Below, one piece after another: positions 1 to 6,764 of a stretch of 19,880 nt of DNA. Made by a program: the position numbers and the translations under genes. Numbering within the stretch: the stretch's first letter is position 1; each line of letters opens with the position of its first letter. The notes beneath the pieces were generated by a model. It did no database searches and was not told where the DNA came from. It saw nothing but the letters and a program-made list of their open reading frames with translations. The stretch spans positions 1-19,880 of the forward strand of contig JAZDMQ010000001.1 in assembly GCA_043800755.1 (NCBI GenBank). The letters run 5' to 3'. The stretch comes from a bacterium (GTDB lineage Bacteria; Methylomirabilota; Methylomirabilia; CAVQYV01).

Positions 1-141
1 CACAAACAAGTGGGGTCAAATCTTTATTCTTGAGTCAATTTCCCTTTGATTCCCTCCATCCGCGCCGCCAGGCCTTTACCTTTTCCCAACAGGGTGTGCA
101 GCTTCTTCCGGCCGACACTCACTGAACTATAATCGATTCCC
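1..141 (+). repeat. Terminal direct repeat, copy 1 (identical to 19740-19880)
   Basis: CACAAACAAGTGGGGTCAAATC...ACTATAATCGATTCCC matches the last 141 nt of the window base for base. Confidence 0.97.
12..33. repeat. Left inverted repeat of the RAYT-like element (contains the transposase stop codon)
   Basis: 22/22 reverse complement of 1053-1074. The TAA stop (TTA at 24-26) lies inside it. Also present at 19751-19772 in the terminal repeat. Confidence 0.92.
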
Positions 142-1019
142 AGTAATTCTCCGATCTCACGCTGATTCAGCCCCCCATATCGGTAGAGAAATTCCATCAG
201 GACCGGCCGGGCGATGCCCCGATTGCCCCTTTGGAGTAGGTCTTCCCGGCTCACCTGGAATTCCATGGCCACTGCCTCCAGAATCCTCTCGGGCTCCACC
301 TCCCCTATCACTTTTCGGATCGCGGGGACCTCCCGGGACCGGGGCTGGCCAGAAAGGAATCCCTCTTTCATCCTCTCCAGGAATGCCGCGGATCCGATGA
401 TTCCATGCCCCTTCCCTCTTTCCAGAGGATTCTCCATTCCCCTTGTCAATCCCTCCTCCACAAAATCCCGATACTGCTTTCTTCCCTCGGGCGTATCGCC
501 TTCAAAGTAGGCCAGGATCTCCCGGACTTGCAGAAAGGATCTCCCGGCTCGAGGGGAGAGGTACGTGGGATAGCTGCTCCACTGATACTTCCTGAGATAC
601 TCCTTCTTTTCTGCCAAAGCCTTCCTGGCCTTGCCCTGGGAGCGAAGGGGGTTGAGGTGGACATAGCGAGAAACCTCTTGGAGATACGAATCCGCATCAA
701 TGAGGAAGGCCTTATAGCGTCCCTGATAGAGATGGCCCGTCCTTTCGTGGGCGCGATTGAAGTAAGAGGTATAAGAGATGTTGAAGTGGCGCATGAATTC
801 CTGGAGATTGGCCCGAGGGGTCTTGACCAGCAGATGAAAATGATTGGCCATCAGGACGTAGGCCAGCACCTCCACCTGGTAGACCTCGGCGGAGCGGGCC
901 AGTAGCCTCAGGAAGACCGAACGGTCCAGATCCTGGACATAGATCTCCTGACGGGCATTGCCCCGGCAGGTAACATGGTAATAGGCGTTCTCGAATTGGA
1001 TGCGGAGGGGACGGGCCAT
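24..1019 (-). CDS. REP-associated tyrosine transposase-like HUH endonuclease (Y1_Tnp) with C-terminal DnaA_C-like HTH domain
   Basis: MARPLR..YYHVTCRGN N-terminus, HUH motif YVLMANHFHLLV, GHLYQGRYKA, catalytic Tyr region SRYVHLNP, YQWSSY. The C-terminal ARPVLMEFLYRYGGLNQREIGELLGIDYSSV resembles Bac_DnaA_C. Confidence 0.92.
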   Translation of the reverse strand: MARPLRIQFENAYYHVTCRGNARQEIYVQDLDRSVFLRLLARSAEVYQVEVLAYVLMANHFHLLVKTPRANLQEFMRHFNISYTSYFNRAHERTGHLYQGRYKAFLIDADSYLQEVSRYVHLNPLRSQGKARKALAEKKEYLRKYQWSSYPTYLSPRAGRSFLQVREILAYFEGDTPEGRKQYRDFVEEGLTRGMENPLERGKGHGIIGSAAFLERMKEGFLSGQPRSREVPAIRKVIGEVEPERILEAVAMEFQVSREDLLQRGNRGIARPVLMEFLYRYGGLNQREIGELLGIDYSSVSVGRKKLHTLLGKGKGLAARMEGIKGKLTQE

Positions 1020-1026
1020 GGCGGAG

Positions 1027-1056
1027 AGGGTAGCAGAGGGAGGGAAAGAAAGTCAA
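1027..1056 (-). promoter_or_regulatory. Putative sigma70 promoter for the transposase, probably giving a leaderless mRNA
   Basis: Minus strand: TTGACT (1056-1051), 18-nt spacer ending in TGc, TACCCT (1032-1027). ATG is at 1019 with no Shine-Dalgarno. Confidence 0.5.
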
Positions 1057-1074
1057 GAATAAAGATTTGACCCC
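1053..1074. repeat. Right inverted repeat of the RAYT-like element
   Basis: TCAAGAATAAAGATTTGACCCC, exact reverse complement of 12-33. Confidence 0.92.
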
Positions 1075-1112
1075 TATCCTCCCCCTATCCTCGATGACCC
1101 CTATCCTCCCCC
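1068..1112 (+). repeat. Nested junction duplication at the right element end
   Basis: TGACCCCTATCCTCCCCC at 1068-1085 and 1095-1112. CCCCTATCCTC occurs three times (1071, 1082, 1098). Confidence 0.9.
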
Positions 1113-1164
1113 ACTCTTCCTTCCAGCCGGCCTGACCTCGGCTGCCTGATTCATGATTGGAGGC

Positions 1165-1194
1165 AGGGGCAGAAATGGCCCTGCCCCTTTTGCT
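1165..1194 (+). terminator. Probable intrinsic terminator
   Basis: 8-bp stem AGGGGCAG (1165-1172)/CTGCCCCT (1181-1188), 8-nt loop, then TTTGCTT. It lies 15 nt after a TGA at 1147-1149. Confidence 0.5.
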
Positions 1195-1360
1195 TCTCAA
1201 CGAAGCTGCAACCGCATGAAAAAATTATCGACAAGACAAACCTTGAGGAAGTAGATAGGGATTAAACGAAAAGGAGCCAATTCAACAACTTAGACTGATC
1301 TCCAATCCTCCATTTCCTCTTCTAATGTAAGGCTCGGGAGGCTCGGAGGAGTGGATGAGA

Positions 1361-1408
1361 ACAGGCGCCGGATAGATCTTTTGGCACAAGGTCACGGCGC
1401 CTTTTGTG
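1361..1408. repeat. Structured hairpin repeat, copy A
   Basis: 37/48 identical to 2151-2198. Stems AGGCGCCG/CGGCGCCT and GATCTT/AAGGTC. Confidence 0.7.
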
Positions 1409-1681
1409 CCTACGAGAAAATTGGAGGCACCTTTGCTGACCTACAGCTGACCCTTCAAAGACCAGGGAAGGGAGAAGGAGGGAGGTGCATCTCTCCTCAT
1501 CGAAATCCTTTCTGGAATCAGGGTTATAGAAAAGGCGAGGACGGACAAATCTCTCGCCTGGATCCCGACTGCAAGAGCCCTCAGGGTAGGTTTACCCCAA
1601 AGGGCTTTTTGTATGGTAAACCCGAAGGGTCTCCCATCGGGACTCTTCACCGTATAAAGGAGGTGATTAAGTATAAGAACG

Positions 1682-1888
1682 GTGGTAGTGATCTGCCAGA
1701 TACCCAATAATGTAACTGCAACAGCCTCTTCCATGACTTCCTCACCAGGGGAAGCGGTTAAAGCCGTCAAGACCACGCCGCTGATGACCGCTGAGGACGG
1801 GATGGAGGCCATGAGGAAGGGAGCACGCAGGATATTGACCACGCAGCGCGTAGAGGTCAAGGTTTGTTTCATAGCTCCCAAAGCTTAG
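1682..1888 (+). pseudogene. C-terminal fragment of a GYD-domain protein
   Basis: VVICQIPNNVTATASSMTSSPGEAVKAVKTTPLMTAEDGMEAMRK resembles the C-terminal half of GYD-family proteins. The N-terminal half is absent, and a strong AAAGGAGGTGA RBS (1656-1666) has no well-spaced ATG. Confidence 0.6.
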
Positions 1889-2150
1889 CCGTCAGATGGT
1901 GAGGCGCATTTCCTTATGGGCAACCATCAGAACCGAGGATGGAGCGCTGAACTATCCCGTTTGCATGGGTGTATCCTGCCTGGGAGAGGCAAGCTCAGGA
2001 ATGCCCCTGCCTCTTTAATGTCTATAACTTGCTGTTTGGTGAGTCCGGAAGGCGTCCCATCGAGAATTTCCGGGGCACCAGAGAGGTGATGTCCTATAAG
2101 TCCTCTTCCGCTGCAATTCTTTGGGCTTTTTCGCCGGGAGATGGGAAAGG

Positions 2151-2198
2151 AAAGACACCGGACAGATCTGCTACGACAAGATCACGGTGCCTTTTGTG
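2151..2198. repeat. Structured hairpin repeat, copy B
   Basis: Stems AAAGACACCG/CGGTGCCTTT (9/10 paired) and GATCT/AGATC, same geometry as copy A. Confidence 0.7.
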
Positions 2199-2412
2199 TT
2201 TGCTGGAGGACAGGATTGAGAGACCAAGAGATGAGAACCAATTCCTTAAAGCAAATCCTGCAGGAGTGTTTGTTGGGTCTGTTTTGCCTCAACACTTCCA
2301 CAGATACGACTTCTGCGGTCGAGGCAGAATTTACCCACTTGAGCGCTGGAGAAAGGTACCGCGAAGGGGGGACTGCTGTCCCTCATTCGTCCTGGCGTGT
2401 GTCGAAGATGGA

Positions 2413-3525
2413 TCAAGCAGGGGCCTTACCCAGCAGGTAAGGAAGGATTTCGTCGATGTTTACGTACTGCTTCACAAGATGCTGAGCTTGCTGTATCTTC
2501 TCGATTTCGTCAGGAAGCATCTTGAAGACCATGCACTGAACCCTCGCTGTGACCGGGTAAGTGTCCTCCTCTGATACCAATACGGGCAAACCAGAGCATT
2601 CGACGAGAGAAAGGATGGCTGGATGGAGGGCAAAACCGCCAGTAAGGAGGAGGGCGACAACCCCTTCCTCCCGACTACTTCGTAAAAGACCGCTATTGGC
2701 CGCCAGCAATATGTTATCGATGCGATCACCGGGGGTTATCATAAGGGAGTGCGGTCCTATCCGCGGGAGGACATTCTGTGGCTCCATTGCCGCCACCAAT
2801 ATGTTATGGACCTGCCTATCCAGGAATCGTTCACCACAAACCACCTCAGCCCCGAGCTCTCGGGCGATTTGCCCCACCTGTGGATAGGTAAGTCTCACAT
2901 CATAGGGAATAGCCCCAAGGAATCTAAGCCCCAAGTTCGCCAGGCCCTGTCTGAGCATTTCTTCAATGTGCTGGCGTTTCTCTGGCCAGACCTTGTTGGC
3001 CACCACGCCGATTACTTGCACCTTTTCGATCTGGAATAGGCCCAGGTTGAGGGCTACTTCATCGATCGTGCTGCCGACCCCACCTTCCACCACCATCAGC
3101 GCCCGTGCGCCGAGCAAGGAGGCAACTTCTGCGTTGGACAGGTCAAGGCAGGACCCCACACCCGCATGTCCTGTGCCCTCGATCACTATTACATCACACC
3201 CCTGGGCAATCTGTTGGTAAGACTCGAGGATCGCCCTCTTGAGCGGCTCAACATTCCGATTGAAAAGGTAGCCTTCGACAAATCCCTTGGGCACCGTCAC
3301 CGGACTCATCTTCGCCAGCCCGCTATCGATCGACAGCGCCGATTGAATCAGCACAGCGTCTTTATCTATCCTCACCCCCTGCTGCTCCACTGTCTGTTGT
3401 CCCACCGGTTTAAAAAAATGCACTCTGAGCCCGCGTTGCGTCAAGGCGTGCATCAGACCAAGGGAAACGGTGGTTTTACCTACGTGTTGGCCGGTGGCAA
3501 CGATGTAAAGGTTTCGCGGAGCCAT
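2413..3525 (-). CDS. BioD-like P-loop (AAA_26) + DRTGG-domain protein (phosphotransacetylase N-terminal-domain family, no catalytic PTA domain)
   Basis: LYIVATGQHVGKTT Walker A-like motif, FFKPVG, VIVIEGTGH, GVVANKV, ITPGDRID and LLLTGG DRTGG-type motifs. ATG 3525 overlaps the upstream TGA and has a GGGGAG RBS. Confidence 0.85.
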   Translation of the reverse strand: MAPRNLYIVATGQHVGKTTVSLGLMHALTQRGLRVHFFKPVGQQTVEQQGVRIDKDAVLIQSALSIDSGLAKMSPVTVPKGFVEGYLFNRNVEPLKRAILESYQQIAQGCDVIVIEGTGHAGVGSCLDLSNAEVASLLGARALMVVEGGVGSTIDEVALNLGLFQIEKVQVIGVVANKVWPEKRQHIEEMLRQGLANLGLRFLGAIPYDVRLTYPQVGQIARELGAEVVCGERFLDRQVHNILVAAMEPQNVLPRIGPHSLMITPGDRIDNILLAANSGLLRSSREEGVVALLLTGGFALHPAILSLVECSGLPVLVSEEDTYPVTARVQCMVFKMLPDEIEKIQQAQHLVKQYVNIDEILPYLLGKAPA

Positions 3526-4157
3526 CACCACTCCCCATTCTGGAGGCGACCCACCAGTCTCTCCGAAAGCACGACTATATCCTCTACTGACAAGAAAGAC
3601 ATTATATAATCGGGGTAAATGAAGGAGGCATTCGGTTTGAATTCCTCGTCTCCCGCATACCAGGCGATGGCTACCGGTATAGACGGAAAGACCTGAAACC
3701 GAAAGCCCTGGTCTCCCCCTTCGAAGTGCTGGGCACCGAGGTGAAGACTCGCCTCAACAAAGGTATCGCGATCCCGCCCGGCGGTGGCGCAGAGTCGATC
3801 CAAAACGCGCCTGCGGTGAACGCCCTCGTAGCCCCGAGCCTCCATAATGTCGCCAAAGCTTATCCAGCGAGCGAATTTTGGGTACGGTGGCCGTGCAGAA
3901 AGGTAGTGCAGGGCCAGTATTTGCCATTCCACCCGAATTCCGGCCTCCGCCTCGGCCGCATTGCCTTTGACTGAGATTTTCTCCTCTCTTAGGTTCACCA
4001 GAAACCGGCCCTCCAGCACGGGAAGCTCGTAGCATCCGCTTCCTGTCTCCACCGCACCAAGGGCGGAAAGATATTGGCTGTTCCGGGTACGCACAGCCTC
4101 AAAGGCGCGGGCGAGGGCTTCTTGGTAAGGAGATTGTCTCTCGGGCGGCTTTATCAC
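3525..4157 (-). CDS. DUF3786-domain protein
   Basis: QILALHYL..WISFGDI..G..Y..GD..F.FQVFP.IPV....YAGDEEF.PNA....D.....LSVEDI pattern. GTG start with GAGG RBS. Confidence 0.8.
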   Translation of the reverse strand: MIKPPERQSPYQEALARAFEAVRTRNSQYLSALGAVETGSGCYELPVLEGRFLVNLREEKISVKGNAAEAEAGIRVEWQILALHYLSARPPYPKFARWISFGDIMEARGYEGVHRRRVLDRLCATAGRDRDTFVEASLHLGAQHFEGGDQGFRFQVFPSIPVAIAWYAGDEEFKPNASFIYPDYIMSFLSVEDIVVLSERLVGRLQNGEW

Positions 4158-4185
4158 CCGCTATACCTCACGCTTACACGCCATG

Positions 4186-4980
4186 TCAGGCGCCGCGCAT
4201 CCGGTAAGCTTCGAGAAAGGAATCGCAGTAAATAGTCTTTTGGAGAAGTAGTTCGGTTGCAATGCCAGCGTTCATGAGTTCCGTATCGAGGGGGTCGAGG
4301 ATCACCGAGTCCATGCCCGCCGTCAGGGCCATCACAAGATAGGTGCGATTGATGAGCCGACGCTCATTGCAGCCCTGAGAGACATTGGAGAGGCCGAGTA
4401 AGAGTTGGGGCGGGGGGCTGCTGAGTAGCCTGAGTTGCTGCAGTGCATTCAGAACATTGGCGGGAGCCGCAGGCGCTGCATTCACCGGAATGATGATGGG
4501 ATCGATGAAGTAGCTATCCATCGGTAGCCCGCACTCCATTGCCTTGGTTGCTATGAGCGCTCCCAGTTCGACCCTCTTCTCGGCATCGGATGGAACCCCC
4601 TTTTCGTCGATGGTGAGGGCAATGAGAGAGGCGTTGTTCTCTATGGCCAGACCCATGTATCTCTCCAGTTCGGCCTCGTCTGCCTTACAAGAATTGATGA
4701 TGGCGCGGCCAGGGACATTGGGCACAACTTCCTTCTGCACTTCCCATTTGGGGCTGTCAATGGAGAGAGGCACATCCGTGACTTCGCGCACCGTATTCAC
4801 CAGCCACATCATCGCCTCAATGGGTTTATCGCTGGCGGGCCCCACGTTGAGGTCAAGGGCCTGGGCATTTGCCTTCACTTGAGCGAGCGCGACATTTTGA
4901 ATAGCCTGTTTGTCTTTCTCCACTATCGCCCTGCGCACATCTTTGAACATGCCGTTTATTCGTTCACCGATGATATACAT
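4186..4980 (-). CDS. acsE: Methyl-THF:corrinoid iron-sulfur protein methyltransferase
   Basis: MYIIGERINGMF, LDLNVG, LSIDS, IINS, FIDP, GLSNVS pterin-binding barrel motifs. AAAGGAGA RBS; acs operon context. Confidence 0.95.
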   Translation of the reverse strand: MYIIGERINGMFKDVRRAIVEKDKQAIQNVALAQVKANAQALDLNVGPASDKPIEAMMWLVNTVREVTDVPLSIDSPKWEVQKEVVPNVPGRAIINSCKADEAELERYMGLAIENNASLIALTIDEKGVPSDAEKRVELGALIATKAMECGLPMDSYFIDPIIIPVNAAPAAPANVLNALQQLRLLSSPPPQLLLGLSNVSQGCNERRLINRTYLVMALTAGMDSVILDPLDTELMNAGIATELLLQKTIYCDSFLEAYRMRGA

Positions 4981-5001
4981 CTGCGCTTCTCCTTTCCGCT
5001 C

Positions 5002-5979
5002 CTATGTGGCCATTGAAGCAGCTTCGGCGACCAACCTGTCGATAGCCTTACGCACCAAGGCTATCGCCTTGGGATGCCTAAGTACGAGAAGATCCGCACC
5101 CGCCTGCAGGTAGTTGGTGGCGGTAAGCCCTTCCCAAAGGAAGCCACGCTCCTCGGCGGGGCCAAAACCGGGTAGTGCATCTTCAGAGGCCTGAGCCTCC
5201 TTGGCGCTCCAGGCCTCCCTCCCTACATCGCAAAGCACCGGCTGCTGCAGCAGGGGGTCTCCTCCGAGACCAGCGATTCTGGCCCGCTCCATGATGCTAT
5301 AGACATATTCGAAGCCATAGCCCATGGCAGCGGAGGTGGGATACATAACGATGTTTTCGGGCGGATAGCCTGCATCGTGTGCGAGTATGTTGACCTGCTT
5401 GGCGATATTGATATCGAGGGGAGATTCGGCGATAAGTTTGTGGCCGTCGGCGAGGCAAGCGGCGACCAGGGTACGGTAATTCTTTTCTGTGATGGTGCCG
5501 AACAGACAGTTCTTGCCTTTTGCCACTTCGCTGCATTTAGGAAGGACAGTATTATCCTTTTCCTCCAAACCGCAGCCCCACACGATGAGCGGCAAGTCGA
5601 TTGCAGAGAGCACCCCTTCGAGCACCTTGGCGGCTTCATCGGCCCCTCGATCACCCCTGTCAGGGTGGGTTCCTATAAGCCGGAGACATATCAGGTCAGG
5701 ACCCAGTTCTGCGGCCCGTTTTGCCCACTCCATCGGGTTGTCGATGACGTCGCCATACTGTTTCCTGAGCTCCTCGGGCCACGATCCGGCACCTGAGTCC
5801 CAGATTTCGACCGCAATGGCAGGTCGATTCCCTGCCTCACCTTCATAGGCCATCCAGGGGATGCACTTCGCCCCTCCAATGGTGACCGACTTTCCATGGC
5901 CGCCGTTGCCGGAAGCAGCTCCGATGGTTACCCGGTTGATGGCCGCAGACCAGCGCTGTGCAGTCTCTTTCGCCTTCAT
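5002..5979 (-). CDS. acsD: Corrinoid iron-sulfur protein small subunit (CdhD/delta)
   Basis: PAIAVEIWD, ESPLDINIAKQVN, MGYGFEYVYSIMERARIAGLGGD, AWSAKEA, AGADLLVLRHP. Confidence 0.95.
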   Translation of the reverse strand: MKAKETAQRWSAAINRVTIGAASGNGGHGKSVTIGGAKCIPWMAYEGEAGNRPAIAVEIWDSGAGSWPEELRKQYGDVIDNPMEWAKRAAELGPDLICLRLIGTHPDRGDRGADEAAKVLEGVLSAIDLPLIVWGCGLEEKDNTVLPKCSEVAKGKNCLFGTITEKNYRTLVAACLADGHKLIAESPLDINIAKQVNILAHDAGYPPENIVMYPTSAAMGYGFEYVYSIMERARIAGLGGDPLLQQPVLCDVGREAWSAKEAQASEDALPGFGPAEERGFLWEGLTATNYLQAGADLLVLRHPKAIALVRKAIDRLVAEAASMAT

Positions 5980-5989
5980 AGTACTCCTC

Positions 5990-6757
5990 TCATTTTGACA
6001 AAATCACTTGTCCATTGGCGATACAGGCCTCAAAAAGCCTTGCAAACCCTGGCGGCAGTTTCGCCGACAGCACGCTTTTTTCCTCTATCGCCAGTTGTGC
6101 CACGCCCTCGTCAAAAAGCAGCGTTACAGTCGAATCGAACCCTTCCATTGGCAACGCCCCATACACTTCCTCGGAAATCCCGGTAGGGGGGACTTTATTC
6201 CATACCAGCACGCGCCGCCCTATCCTCACGGGAAGACTTCTCGCAAGTTCCACAATTCTGGCAGCCGTGCGAGCACTTACCAAGGTCGGTTCGCTGAGCA
6301 CTACCAGGCAGTCGATATCGTCCGTATTCATGCGCGAGAGATGCTCCATGCCCGCCTCATTGTCTACCACCGTCACCTTGTAGCCTCCCCTTAGAGTGGC
6401 GAGGGCGGCCCGCAGCAGGGTGTTCACGTAACAGTAACAAACCTGGCCCTCGGGTCGACCCATTATAAGAAGATCGAACCCGGCAGACTCAATGATGCAT
6501 TCTTCGAGTTTGAACTTTAACATCCTCTCTTTGGGCACACCGGTGACTGAAGCCTTCGCCCGCATGATCTCCTCGCGTACATCGCTTATGGTCCGTCCTG
6601 GGGTCAATCCAAGGAGAGGTGCCAGAGTGCTGTTGGGATCAGCATCCACTGCCAAAACCGGGCGGATTCCCTCGTACAGTAATAGCCTTACGAGAGAGGC
6701 CGTCACCGTAGTCTTGCCAGTACCTCCTTTGCCAGTAACCGCTATGAGGTAACCCAT
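5990..6757 (-). CDS. acsF: CooC/AcsF-type nickel-insertion ATPase (likely ACS A-cluster maturase)
   Basis: IAVTGKGGTGKTT deviant Walker A, VDADPN, CYC metal motif, DNEAGMEHLSR. Start taken at MGYLIA (6757). The AcsF assignment rests on position inside the acs operon. Confidence 0.85.
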   Translation of the reverse strand: MGYLIAVTGKGGTGKTTVTASLVRLLLYEGIRPVLAVDADPNSTLAPLLGLTPGRTISDVREEIMRAKASVTGVPKERMLKFKLEECIIESAGFDLLIMGRPEGQVCYCYVNTLLRAALATLRGGYKVTVVDNEAGMEHLSRMNTDDIDCLVVLSEPTLVSARTAARIVELARSLPVRIGRRVLVWNKVPPTGISEEVYGALPMEGFDSTVTLLFDEGVAQLAIEEKSVLSAKLPPGFARLFEACIANGQVILSK

Positions 6758-6764
6758 GAAAACC

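Larger units (their letters stand above)
12..1074 (-). mobile_element. IS-like element: RAYT/TnpA(REP)-family HUH transposase bounded by 22-bp inverted repeats
   Basis: GGGGTCAAATCTTTATTCTTGA (12-33) and its exact reverse complement TCAAGAATAAAGATTTGACCCC (1053-1074) tightly bracket the transposase ORF. Confidence 0.8.

Noticed and set aside
1068-1112. Short repeats as a possible CRISPR array
   Set aside because: Only two 18-bp copies with a 9-nt spacer derived from the flank; no cas genes.
1612-1655. GGTAAACCCGAAGGG hairpin region as a c-di-GMP-I riboswitch
   Set aside because: The downstream GCAAA/P3 conserved elements are not evident; only generic pairing.
1969-2574. 201-aa ORF, plus 1351-1710 (+), 1441-1881 (-) and 712-1200 (-)
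   Set aside because: No recognisable domains; they overlap better-supported features or run through hairpin repeats.
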